64,000 bases of DNA from Bacteroidia bacterium (GTDB lineage: Bacteria > Bacteroidota > Bacteroidia > DATLTG01), in contig JBDTAC010000068.1 of the NCBI GenBank assembly GCA_039924845.1, positions 925 through 64,924 on the forward strand. The letters run 5' to 3'. Each line of letters opens with the position of its first letter. The first letter of the stretch is position 1. Position numbers and translations under genes: made by a program. Of the stretch, positions 55,048-64,000 are shown piece after piece. The notes beneath the pieces were generated by a model, which had not been told where the DNA came from, made no database searches, and saw only the letters and a program-made list of their open reading frames with translations.

Positions 55048-57027
55048 TCAAAAGCGAATATCTTCTTCGTGATGGATTATTTTTTGAGCGGAAAGTTTTT
55101 GATACTTCTTATATTTTTCGATGTTTCCTTTTTTCAAAAAATAATTTTCTAAAAAACGACAATCTACATTATTTATAGAATCTGTACGAACAGCGATTTC
55201 GTAGTAATCTGCCGTTTTCAGAGAATCGTTTTTCCATAAATAAATGGTTCCTAAATTGGAGTAAATGGCTGCCGATTTTATTCCTTTATCTAAAGCTCCA
55301 TAATTGAGCGCAAAAGCAGCATCGTAAAATTCGTGATGTAAATATAAATTGGTCAAACTGACGTAAGCGGGCATAAAATGAGGGTTTAATGCAATGGATT
55401 TTAAAAAATATTTTTCTGAAAGACTGTCGTTGCCAAGTAAATGTTCGCAAGTGGCAAGGTTAAAAAACGCGACGACATAATTCGTATCCACTTCCACGGC
55501 TTTCTGCAAAAGCGGCAGTGCGGCAGAATCGTTTTTTTCAAAAATCATCTCTGCTTTTCCAAGGTCATTTAGCGAAGTCCTATCGTCGGGATAAATTCCC
55601 AAAATAGTTTTGTAGGAAGCAATTGCAGCATTTTTTAATTGCTCTTTGGTTTGTCCTGTCGTGTTATCGTCAGCGTAATAATATTCCAAGCATTTAGTAG
55701 CATATAGTTGTTGTAAATGGACGGATTTTTCGGCAACAACAATATCGTGAGAATATAAGGTATAATGATTTTTCCAATCAAAATTTCGTGCAATGGTCCG
55801 TACTGAAAATAAAACTAATACGATAGAAATAGTAAATAAAAAAGGACGATTCAGTTTCAAAAGTCTTACTTGATGTGATGTATAAGAGATTTTAAAAATC
55901 TCCAATAATCCGATTGCCAATAAAATACAAAGACCCAATGAAGGAATGTATGCGAAACGTTCAGCGACAATCCCAACAGCAGGAACCAAAATATTAAGGA
56001 ACATAGAAATCGAAATAAAAAAATAAAGAATACCAAATGCAAAAACCTTTTTTTTCTTTAATCCAATAAATGCCAAGATGAGAAAAGAGACGACGATTAT
56101 AAGCGACATTATAAGAATCATTTTATTCGGATACAAAATATCCACTTGGTTGTAGCCGTAATAACAAATTAATTTTTTCGGGAAAACGAATAGTTGAATA
56201 TACCAAAAAAAAGTAGCCAATGCGGCAATTCCCCGTGTGGCATATCCACGTATAAAATACAAAGGGTTTTCGATGTACCCCAAAACCCGATGTTTTGGAA
56301 TTCCGAATAATAATTTTTTTTGTATCAATATAAAAACGATTACCGAAAGTAGTAAACATCCAAAACAAATAACTAATTGCTTCCAATTACATTTGCCGAA
56401 AAAGTAGAGGAATAAGGGAATAATTACGATAAACGTCATGGCATCAATTTTAGAGGCCATCGCTACAATGAATGTAATTCCTCCCAAAAAAATATTTTTA
56501 ACACGATTGGTTTCTGCATATTTTATAAAAAAATATGCAGACAAAATAGAGCTAAAAAAACTAAATAATGCGTCTCTGTTTTTTAAACTATCTACTACTT
56601 CAGCATGGATAGGATGCACCAAAAACAGTGTAGTAACGAGCAGTGGCAAGAGAATGGAATAATTTTTAAATAATTTTTGCAGGAATAAAAAAAGAAAAAT
56701 ACACGTAAATGCATAAATCAGAATATTTATAAAATGACTGATGTGTGGATTTTCGCCAAACAGCGAATATTCCATTGCAAAACTGACTTTGACGATGGGG
56801 CGATATCCATAATCTTCATTTTCTGCGTGCGAATAACGCGTGGTAAATATCTCAGGAATTGCTTTTATCCCTTGATGAATTTGAGCATTTTGGTAAATAA
56901 CAAGCTCATCGTCCAGTGCATATCCATTACGAATGCTGTTTCCATAAACCAGAAAGCAAAGAACTCCCAGAAAAATGCAAATTTTCAGTTTCTCACTTTT
57001 TAAACAATGGATTAGTTGATTTTTCAT
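55048..57027 (-). CDS. TMTC/DUF1736-type polytopic membrane protein with C-terminal TPR repeats (GT-C, PMT/ArnT-like glycosyltransferase candidate)
   Basis: N-terminal YGNSIRNGYALDDELV...GYRPIVKVSFAMEYSLFGENPHISHFINILIYAFTC (DUF1736/PMT_2-like); about 11 TMs; TPR repeats in the last 250 aa. Confidence 0.6.
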   Translation of the reverse strand: MKNQLIHCLKSEKLKICIFLGVLCFLVYGNSIRNGYALDDELVIYQNAQIHQGIKAIPEIFTTRYSHAENEDYGYRPIVKVSFAMEYSLFGENPHISHFINILIYAFTCIFLFLFLQKLFKNYSILLPLLVTTLFLVHPIHAEVVDSLKNRDALFSFFSSILSAYFFIKYAETNRVKNIFLGGITFIVAMASKIDAMTFIVIIPLFLYFFGKCNWKQLVICFGCLLLSVIVFILIQKKLLFGIPKHRVLGYIENPLYFIRGYATRGIAALATFFWYIQLFVFPKKLICYYGYNQVDILYPNKMILIMSLIIVVSFLILAFIGLKKKKVFAFGILYFFISISMFLNILVPAVGIVAERFAYIPSLGLCILLAIGLLEIFKISYTSHQVRLLKLNRPFLFTISIVLVLFSVRTIARNFDWKNHYTLYSHDIVVAEKSVHLQQLYATKCLEYYYADDNTTGQTKEQLKNAAIASYKTILGIYPDDRTSLNDLGKAEMIFEKNDSAALPLLQKAVEVDTNYVVAFFNLATCEHLLGNDSLSEKYFLKSIALNPHFMPAYVSLTNLYLHHEFYDAAFALNYGALDKGIKSAAIYSNLGTIYLWKNDSLKTADYYEIAVRTDSINNVDCRFLENYFLKKGNIEKYKKYQKLSAQKIIHHEEDIRF

Positions 57028-57039
57028 TTGCTCAAAAAC

Positions 57040-59055
57040 TTATTCTGAAATGGGAGATGGCGGAATTATTTTCTCATCTTGTTGCAACAAATTTTCATAT
57101 TCATTGTATTTAATTACATCATTTTTACGAAGGTAATACTGCGCTAAAAAACCACAAAGCGCTTCGTTTCCTGGATTTATACGCATCGCTTCATCGTATT
57201 CAGTCATTGCCTTTGTTGTATCCTTTTCGTAAATATATACATTCCCAATATCAATATACGGAACTTCCGACTTAACGCCTCTGCTGATAGCGGTATCGTT
57301 TATGGCGAGCGCTTTTTCATATTGTTTTCGGCTGCAATAAATCATACTTAAATTACTGTACGGATTCACAAATTCGGGTCTTAACGCAATAGATTTTAAA
57401 TAATATTTTTCAGCTTCTCCGTATTTTTTTTCAATCTGATAAATAGATCCGATGTTGAAATAAGCCTCTACGTAAGTGGAATCACACGCAATCGTTTGCT
57501 TCATCAAATCAATCGCTTTGGCGTAATCTCCAGAATACATCACGTAAGCAAGCCCTAAATTATGCAATGCCGATGCGTATTTCGGATAAATAGAAATCGC
57601 TTTTTCGTAATGCAAAATTCCGGATTCTATCCAATTTTTTTTAAGATCATTATCAGATGTTTTTTTTGCTTGTTCCATACATATTGCTGCATATAGCGCA
57701 TTTAATTTCGCCGAATTGTCAGCAATTTTCACATCGTGTGTGTATAAAGAGAAATGGTTTTCCCAATCTGGATTACGTGCAATAACACGTATGGAAGAGA
57801 AAAATACAAGTAAAAAAACGAGGCTTAAAAAGCTTTTCTTCCAAAAATTTATTTTGCTTTCGCGAAGCGTAAAAGGAATTTGAAATATACGAAATAACAA
57901 TACACTTATTACGATGCAAAAACCGAGTGAAGCAATGTATGAAAAACGCTCTGCCACAATCCCTACCGCAGGAATAAGGATATTTAAAAACATGGAAATG
58001 GAGATAAAAAAATAGAAAATTCCGAATGCTAAAATATCCTTTTTTCGAAAATTTATAAAAGCATAAGCGATTGCTGTTATTGATACAAGTACGCTAATCA
58101 ATACCATAAAAAAATTTGGATGTAAAACTTCAATTTGATTGTATCCGTAATAGGAAATTAAGGTTTTAGGGAAGCACAACAATTTTATATAAAAGAAAAA
58201 TGAAACGCATCCGGCGCCCAATCGGGTTAAAAGAGTATGATTGAAATAAAGTGGGTTTTCAAAATACAAAAAATGACGAACACCATGTTCTGTGTGAAAC
58301 AAAATGTGCTGCCAGAGTGATGAAATAATAAGTGCAAATAGTATTCCTACGACTATAAAAATTATTTTTTTGCCACCAGTTTCTGTAAAAAAATAAACCG
58401 TTAAAGGAATAATTATTAAAAAAGGAAGCACATCAATTTTAGAAAGTAGCGCAAATAAGAAAAAAAATATTCCGCCACTAAAAGCTCTTATTTTTCCGAA
58501 TTCTGCGTAGCGTATAAAAAAATAAAGTGCTACAAGAACGCTAAAAAAACTAAACAAGACATCTCTGTTTTTTAAACTGTCCACCACTTCTGTGTGTGCC
58601 GGATGCACGAGAAAAAAAGTACTGATTAAAAAAGGTAGAGCAATGTGGTAGTTAAAAAGTATTTTTTTCAATAGGAAAAAAAGAAAAATGCACGTAAAGG
58701 CATAAAGCAAAATATTAATCAGATGGCTGATGTGAGGGTTTTCGCCAAACAATGAATTTTCTATCGCAAAGCTCGCCTTTACGATGGGGCGATAACCAAA
58801 TTGTTCGCCATTATTATAGTGCGTAATGTAATGTGAGGTAAAAATTGCAGGAATATCATTAATGCCTTGAGCAGGCTGCCCATTAAAATGAGTAACCAAT
58901 TCATCGTCTAGCGAATACTTATTGGAAATGCTGTTCCCATATAGAATAAAAGCAAATGCGATGAAATAGATAAAAGTTTTTAGCCGAAAAAATCGAGTAT
59001 TAGGTACGGTGTTAACTAAAACTTTTTCAGGCTTCTTTTTTTTACTCTTATCCAT
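57040..59055 (-). CDS. second TMTC/DUF1736-type TPR membrane protein (tandem paralogue)
   Basis: Same architecture; about 45% identical to 55048-57027 (YGNSISNKYSLDDELV...GYRPIVKASFAIENSLFGENPHISHLINILLYAFTC). Confidence 0.6.
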   Translation of the reverse strand: MDKSKKKKPEKVLVNTVPNTRFFRLKTFIYFIAFAFILYGNSISNKYSLDDELVTHFNGQPAQGINDIPAIFTSHYITHYNNGEQFGYRPIVKASFAIENSLFGENPHISHLINILLYAFTCIFLFFLLKKILFNYHIALPFLISTFFLVHPAHTEVVDSLKNRDVLFSFFSVLVALYFFIRYAEFGKIRAFSGGIFFFLFALLSKIDVLPFLIIIPLTVYFFTETGGKKIIFIVVGILFALIISSLWQHILFHTEHGVRHFLYFENPLYFNHTLLTRLGAGCVSFFFYIKLLCFPKTLISYYGYNQIEVLHPNFFMVLISVLVSITAIAYAFINFRKKDILAFGIFYFFISISMFLNILIPAVGIVAERFSYIASLGFCIVISVLLFRIFQIPFTLRESKINFWKKSFLSLVFLLVFFSSIRVIARNPDWENHFSLYTHDVKIADNSAKLNALYAAICMEQAKKTSDNDLKKNWIESGILHYEKAISIYPKYASALHNLGLAYVMYSGDYAKAIDLMKQTIACDSTYVEAYFNIGSIYQIEKKYGEAEKYYLKSIALRPEFVNPYSNLSMIYCSRKQYEKALAINDTAISRGVKSEVPYIDIGNVYIYEKDTTKAMTEYDEAMRINPGNEALCGFLAQYYLRKNDVIKYNEYENLLQQDEKIIPPSPISE

Positions 59056-59168
59056 CCATCTATTTTTTTGAAGAGAAACAAATTTCGTTAATAATTGCTA
59101 ACCTCCAAATTTTATATTGCTTCTATCAAAAAAAATGTATTTTTGTTTATACTGAATTTTTTTAAATT

Positions 59169-60176
59169 GTGAACGCCTACATCAAAGCCATCAGTTATTA
59201 TTTACCTGAAAAAATATTTTCGAATGAAGAGTTTTTTTCAATTTTCACAACTATTTCCAATAAAGAAAATTTAGAAAAAATTGGTGTTCGAGAAAGGCGA
59301 ATAGTGGAAAATTCTGTTACTTCCTCTGATATTGCCATCGAAGCAGCAAACATTTTCTTTAATGAGCATTCCATCGATAAAAGTGAAATTGATTTTTTGC
59401 TTTTTTGTTCGCTGGAATTAGATTATTACACGCCATCTACAGCTTGTATTATTCAAGAAAAATTAGGCTTGTCGCAGCATTGTGGAGCGCTTGATTTTAA
59501 TCTTGGCTGTAGCGGATATGTATATGGATTGAGCATTGCAAAAGGGTTAGTCGAAACAGGCGCGGCGAAAAATATATTGTTATTGACGGCATCTACACTC
59601 ACAAAAAAAATTCATCCGAAAGACAAAGGTTCTCGTTTTGTTTTTGGCGATGGAGCCGCCGCAACGCTTATTTCAGGAAGAGAAAAAAAAGGAATCGAAA
59701 AATTTATTTTTGGAACGGACGGAAAAAGGTTCGAAAAAATAATCGTGAAAGATGGAGGTGTTCGCAATCCGATTTCCGAAAAATCTTTTATAGATACTAC
59801 AGATGAATACGGAAATACTAGTAACTCCGCCAGTTTTTACATGGATGGCACGAGCGTTTTTATTTTTGGTTTAAAGAAAGTTCCAGAAATGGTAAAAAAT
59901 TTATTGGAAAAATCGAATAAACAAATCGAGGATATAGATTTGTTTATTTTTCATCAAGCCAATTTATATTTGATAGAAAAAATCAGAGAAAAATTAAAAA
60001 TTCCGGAAAAAAAAATTTTTAATTATATGGAAAATTGTGGAAATACAGTTTCGTCTACCATTCCAATCGCTTTGTATGAAGCCATAAAAGCAGGAAAAGC
60101 AAGCCCTGGAAAAAATATTTTTTTGGCAGGCTTCGGTGTAGGATTATCCTGGGCGGCTACAATTATTCAACTCTAA
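59169..60176 (+). CDS. 3-oxoacyl-ACP synthase III (KAS III, FabH-like)
   Basis: Active-site Cys in LGCSGYVYG; His/Asn in HQANLYLIEK and CGNTVSSTIPIAL. Confidence 0.85.
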   Translation: MNAYIKAISYYLPEKIFSNEEFFSIFTTISNKENLEKIGVRERRIVENSVTSSDIAIEAANIFFNEHSIDKSEIDFLLFCSLELDYYTPSTACIIQEKLGLSQHCGALDFNLGCSGYVYGLSIAKGLVETGAAKNILLLTASTLTKKIHPKDKGSRFVFGDGAAATLISGREKKGIEKFIFGTDGKRFEKIIVKDGGVRNPISEKSFIDTTDEYGNTSNSASFYMDGTSVFIFGLKKVPEMVKNLLEKSNKQIEDIDLFIFHQANLYLIEKIREKLKIPEKKIFNYMENCGNTVSSTIPIALYEAIKAGKASPGKNIFLAGFGVGLSWAATIIQL

Positions 60177-60208
60177 TTTAATTTGTATTTTTACAAAAAA
60201 CAGAACTT

Positions 60209-60439
60209 ATGAATATCAACGATTTTATCACACAAATAGAGAACGAAATCGAGGAAATTACGCCTGGAAGTTTGAAGTCAGAAACAGTATTTAGAAATCT
60301 TCCAGAATGGAGTTCGATGCATGCGCTGATTATTATTGCCTTGATTGATATCGAATACGATGTAACCATTACTGGCGAAGATTTACGAAAAAGCACTACC
60401 ATTTCAGACCTCTTTCAAATTGTGAAAAGCAAAAAATAA
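60209..60439 (+). CDS. acyl carrier protein-like
   Basis: 76 aa, acidic, helical; candidate phosphopantetheine site in ...NLPEWSSMHALIII; located between two KAS III genes. Confidence 0.65.
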   Translation: MNINDFITQIENEIEEITPGSLKSETVFRNLPEWSSMHALIIIALIDIEYDVTITGEDLRKSTTISDLFQIVKSKK

Positions 60440-60440
60440 A

Positions 60441-61496
60441 ATGGCTTTTTTATCTGTTAAAAATATAAAGATAGCCGGCATTGCAGCTTGCGTTCCAAAA
60501 AACGAAGAGTCGAATTTGGATTACGATTGGATTTCTTTGGCGGAACGAGAATTGCTTATTAAGACAACCGGAATTGCAAAGCGCAGAGTGGCACTTGATG
60601 GATTGTGTACTTCAGATATGTGCTATGCTTCGGCAAATACTTTGTTTCAAGAATTGAATATTGATAGAAGCGAAATAGACATTGTGATTTTTGTTTCGCA
60701 ATCCCCTGATTATTTTTTACCTGCTACCAGTATTATTTTGCAAGATCGATTGCAATTACCCAAAACTACAATGGCTTTTGATATGCAATTGGGTTGTTCT
60801 GGATATGTTTATGGTTTATCGGTTATCAGCAATTTGATGAACGCGAATAAGTTTCGAAAAGGATTATTAATGGTGGGTGATAAATCCAGTTTCTCTCAAT
60901 CGAAAAAAGATAAAAGTACCTATCCTATTTTTGGAGATGCGGGAACTGCTACGCTTTTAGAATACAATGAAAAAGCGGATCAAATGGATTTCAATTTACA
61001 AAGTGACGGCTCAGGATATAAAGCGATTATTATTCCTGACGGTGGCACTCGCAGCCCTTACAACAAAGATTCTGAAACAATGGTTGAGATTGAAAAGGGT
61101 ATTATACGTAGCCGTAAAAATTTAGTATTGGATGGCTTGGAAGTATTTAATTTTTCCTTACGGGAAGCAACCCCCAATATAAATAATTTACTAAAACACA
61201 TTGGCAAAACAACAGCCGATTTCGATTATTTTCTATTTCATCAAGCCAACAAATTGATGAACGAAAGCATTCGAAAAAAATTAAAAATAGCTCCTGAAAA
61301 AGTGCCATACTCTCTAACAAATTACGGCAATACAAGTTCAGCATCTATCCCATTAACAATTGTTACAGAATTAACTGAAAAAATAAAAAATAAAAAAATA
61401 TCTTTGTTATTATCAGCATTTGGTGTAGGTTTATCTTGGGGTTCGGCTACCTTGAAAACAGAAAATTTAATTTGTCCAAAATTAATAGAGCTATAA
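60441..61496 (+). CDS. second KAS III-like 3-oxoacyl-ACP synthase
   Basis: LGCSGYVYG, HQANKLMNE, YGNTSSASIPL motifs. Confidence 0.8.
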   Translation: MAFLSVKNIKIAGIAACVPKNEESNLDYDWISLAERELLIKTTGIAKRRVALDGLCTSDMCYASANTLFQELNIDRSEIDIVIFVSQSPDYFLPATSIILQDRLQLPKTTMAFDMQLGCSGYVYGLSVISNLMNANKFRKGLLMVGDKSSFSQSKKDKSTYPIFGDAGTATLLEYNEKADQMDFNLQSDGSGYKAIIIPDGGTRSPYNKDSETMVEIEKGIIRSRKNLVLDGLEVFNFSLREATPNINNLLKHIGKTTADFDYFLFHQANKLMNESIRKKLKIAPEKVPYSLTNYGNTSSASIPLTIVTELTEKIKNKKISLLLSAFGVGLSWGSATLKTENLICPKLIEL

Positions 61497-61497
61497 A

Positions 61498-62244
61498 ATG
61501 ACACCTTTTCATCTCTTCAAAAAAAAAATTTTTGTAACGGGCGCTTCTTCTGGAATCGGCCGGCAAATTGCCATTAGCATTACGGAAATGGGGGGAAGCG
61601 TTATTATAAGTGGAAGAAATTTAGAACGATTGGAAGAAACAAAAAAGATGTTAAAAGGGAATGATAATGTAATTATCTCTGCGGACTTATTAAGAGAAAA
61701 CGATATCGAAAATTTAACAGAAAAGATAGCACCTGTTGATGGTATAGTCAATTGCGCGGGTGTTGTAAAACCCTTTCCGATAAAATTTATTACTCAAGAG
61801 AAAATAGACGAAACTTTTCAACTCAATTATAAATCACAAGTATTATTGATTTCGCAATTGATGCGTAAGAAAAAAATAAATAAAAATGCGGCGATTGTTT
61901 TTTTATCATCGGTTTCAGCAGAACATCCACACAGAGGAGGCTCACTTTATGCAGGATCAAAGGCAGCCATTGAAGCATTCAGTAAAGTCTGTGCATTGGA
62001 GTTCTATTCGCAAGGCATACGTTCAAATTGTTTGGTGCCAGCAATGGTAAAAACGCCCATGTATGATTCTGCCGAAAAAGATGCATCTAAAGAAACGATG
62101 GATGAACATATCAATAAATATCCACTTGGAGTGGGTGATCCAAAAGACGTTGCCAATGCAGCTGTTTTTTTACTCTCCGAAGCATCGCGTTGGATGACTG
62201 GAACAACTATTATTTTAGATGGAGGCTTTTTACTCGGAAAATAA
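61498..62244 (+). CDS. SDR-family oxidoreductase (FabG-like 3-oxoacyl-ACP reductase)
   Basis: TGASSGIGRQIA Rossmann motif; catalytic YAGSK; NAG-like NCAGVV. Confidence 0.85.
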   Translation: MTPFHLFKKKIFVTGASSGIGRQIAISITEMGGSVIISGRNLERLEETKKMLKGNDNVIISADLLRENDIENLTEKIAPVDGIVNCAGVVKPFPIKFITQEKIDETFQLNYKSQVLLISQLMRKKKINKNAAIVFLSSVSAEHPHRGGSLYAGSKAAIEAFSKVCALEFYSQGIRSNCLVPAMVKTPMYDSAEKDASKETMDEHINKYPLGVGDPKDVANAAVFLLSEASRWMTGTTIILDGGFLLGK

Positions 62245-63172
62245 CATGGAAAAATCTTACATCTCTGTCATAATACCCGTTTTCAATAGTGAGCGCAATT
62301 TGCAAGAACTTTTTCAACGCATTGATGCCGCTTTTTCAAAATTAGAAAACTCGTATCAATTAATTTTGATAGACGATGGTAGCTCCGATAAAAGTTGGCT
62401 GGAAATTGACAAATTAAAACGAGAAAATCCATCGAAAATAATTGGTATTAAATTGGCTAAAAATTTCGGGCAGCACAATGCTATTTTGTGCGGCTTCCAT
62501 TTTTGCAAAGGCGATTTGGTACTTACCATGGACGATGATTTACAACATCCTCCAGAAGAGATTGAAAAATTAATTTTTCGACAAGAACAAACAAATGCCG
62601 ACGTAATTTATGGTATCCCGATAAATAAAAAACATGCTGCTTGGCGCAATGTAGGAAGTAATCTGATGAAAAAAACTTCCGAATATTCTACCAAAAAAAT
62701 TTCAGGTGGTTCTGCCTTTCGCCTTATCAATCGTACTATTACCGATGAAATAAAAAACAATCAACATACTAATTTTTTATTTTTAGATACCATTATCAAC
62801 TGGTACACAAGTCATATCGAATTGGTGGATGTAGATCATCATCATCGTAAAGCTGGAAAATCAGGATATACCTTTTTCAAATTAATACAGATGTACCTAA
62901 ATATTACCATTAATTATACGGCAACGCCTTTAAAATTAATGACCTATGGAGGCTTGTTTTTTTCTATTATTACATTTATTTTTGGTGTACATTTTATCGC
63001 AAAAAAAATATTGCATCACGCCCCTTTGGGTTATACTTCTATTATTGTAAGTGTTTTATTTGGCACGAGTCTTATTTTATTTTGTCTTGGAATCATTGGT
63101 CAGTATTTGTATAAATTATACCAATTACAAAATAAAAAGCCTCCTTATGCTATTCAAAAAGTTTTAAAGTGA
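62219..63172 (+). CDS. family-2 glycosyltransferase (polyprenol-phosphate sugar transferase, ArnC/GtrB-like) with C-terminal TM anchor
   Basis: SVIIPVFNSERNL; DDGSSD; DDDLQHP (DxD); two C-terminal TM helices. Confidence 0.85.
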   Translation: MEAFYSENNMEKSYISVIIPVFNSERNLQELFQRIDAAFSKLENSYQLILIDDGSSDKSWLEIDKLKRENPSKIIGIKLAKNFGQHNAILCGFHFCKGDLVLTMDDDLQHPPEEIEKLIFRQEQTNADVIYGIPINKKHAAWRNVGSNLMKKTSEYSTKKISGGSAFRLINRTITDEIKNNQHTNFLFLDTIINWYTSHIELVDVDHHHRKAGKSGYTFFKLIQMYLNITINYTATPLKLMTYGGLFFSIITFIFGVHFIAKKILHHAPLGYTSIIVSVLFGTSLILFCLGIIGQYLYKLYQLQNKKPPYAIQKVLK

Positions 63173-63852
63173 GAATTCATAAATACGGAATTACATTAAC
63201 TCGCTTAAAGGCGGATGATCTTGAATTGGTGAGGATAAAGCGCAACTCACAAGATATTAGCAGCGTGATGCAATACCAGGAAATAATTACGCCGGGAATG
63301 CAACAAAAATGGTTCGAATCCATTAATACCATATACCATAACTATTTTATCATTCATTATCAAGGTGAGAAAATTGGCTTGATAAACGGCAAAAACAGCG
63401 ATTACGAAAAACGAACTTCCGAAGGCGGAATGTTTGTTTGGGATAAACAATACTGGGGAACCATCATTCCTGCGATGTGTTCTGTTATCATGTCTGACCA
63501 CGCTTTTTTGATTTGCGGGTACAAAAAAAATTACATTAAAATTTTAAATTCCAACCAAAAAGCAATTGTGTATAACAAGCAAATTGGATACGTTCCTACA
63601 AAAGATTATGCGTCTGATAAAGATGTTCAATGGTTTGAATTGACCAAAGAAAAATATGAAAAACACGTCGTGAAAATTAGGAAGGCAATCGGTATTATTA
63701 CGAATGATTTTTCACCGCTTACGATTGAAAATATTGATTTTAAAGATGATTCAGATGAGGAAATTAAAGTGTTATACAAACCTCTCCCCTCATTTATTCG
63801 AGAAAACATTGCGAATATTATTTTAAAGCGAGAAGGCAGAAATATTCTTTGA
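63169..63852 (+). CDS. hypothetical protein (possibly an acyltransferase-like fold); last gene of the KASIII-ACP-SDR-GT2 operon
   Basis: 227-aa ORF whose start overlaps the GT2 stop; no confident motif. Confidence 0.35.
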   Translation: MRIHKYGITLTRLKADDLELVRIKRNSQDISSVMQYQEIITPGMQQKWFESINTIYHNYFIIHYQGEKIGLINGKNSDYEKRTSEGGMFVWDKQYWGTIIPAMCSVIMSDHAFLICGYKKNYIKILNSNQKAIVYNKQIGYVPTKDYASDKDVQWFELTKEKYEKHVVKIRKAIGIITNDFSPLTIENIDFKDDSDEEIKVLYKPLPSFIRENIANIILKREGRNIL

Positions 63853-63868
63853 TTTAGTTCTTAAAAAA

Positions 63869-64000
63869 TCAAAATTTATTTTTTTGAGCTTTTTTCATTT
63901 TGTCAATTTGTTTCGAATAATAATTGATGTATCCGAACCATTCGTACATTTTTTTGCTGGACAAATGAAAAAAATCTCGTATAAAAAAAGGCAGCTTGTA
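63869..64000 (-). CDS. 3' end of a minus-strand CDS running off the window edge (unknown function)
   Basis: Open frame from 64000 down to TGA (reverse complement of 63869-63871): ...YEWFGYINYYSKQIDKMKKAQKNKF*. Confidence 0.3.
   Translation of the reverse strand, partial: YKLPFFIRDFFHLSSKKMYEWFGYINYYSKQIDKMKKAQKNKF

Noticed and set aside
3141-55052. Whether TTCAAAAAATAATTTTTCAAA is simply the Bacteroidota sigma-A promoter (-33 TTTG / -7 TAnnTTTG)
   Set aside because: The motif lacks the terminal G of the -7 element in the right register. It is palindromic, occurs between convergent genes, at gene 3' ends and inside coding regions, so a promoter-only explanation does not fit. It is kept as a finding instead.
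1-64000. Searched for tRNA, rRNA, tmRNA-like GC-rich structured segments and for reverse transcriptase/Cas/BREX signatures
   Set aside because: None seen. The only structured non-coding element with a recognisable consensus is the cobalamin riboswitch.

Overview
AT-rich (~33% GC) Bacteroidota chromosome segment, judged from T9SS C-terminal sorting domains, gldF/gldG, TonB-dependent receptors and frequent absence of SD sequences; probably Flavobacteriia-like. Three parts.
(1) 1-33.8 kb, mostly housekeeping: partial PolX; TauE; NMO/FabK-like; acyl-CoA ligase; rodA-mrdA-mreDCB-purH block; LRR protein; ribF; prfB with its programmed +1 frameshift; a four-helix-bundle gene inside inverted repeats; arsC-family; fumC; FadL-like OMP; T9SS esterase; cobalamin riboswitch, BtuB-like TonB receptor and DUF71 ATP-pyrophosphatase; dnaN; DUF4340-gldG-gldF; ridA; TamL/BamA-like; trmH-family.
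(2) 33.8-48.9 kb, an accessory island: four orphan RHS C-terminal toxin cassettes, each followed by a small putative immunity gene. The toxin domains are a metzincin HExxHxxGxxH protease, an M15/LAS peptidoglycan peptidase, an unknown domain and a Gly-zipper. Around them: two related 21-bp tandem-repeat arrays, two adjacent tyrosine recombinases plus two decayed copies of the recombinase 3' end, a 5'-truncated D12 MTase/putative toprim ORF, a P-loop replication-type protein, a GHKL-ATPase + STAS-like gene pair, and a PIN toxin with an overlapping downstream small ORF.
(3) 48.9-64 kb, an envelope/lipid modification supercluster: DegT aminotransferase, fused 2-oxoacid DH E1 alpha/beta, MprF-like, two tandem TMTC/ArnT-like TPR membrane proteins, KASIII-ACP-KASIII-SDR, GT2 and a hypothetical gene.
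Throughout the window a near-palindromic ~20-bp motif, TTCAAAAAATAATTTTTCAAA, occurs at least 45 times, sometimes as 28-36-bp perfect palindromes and once as a ~270-bp tandem array. No rRNA, tRNA or CRISPR was found.
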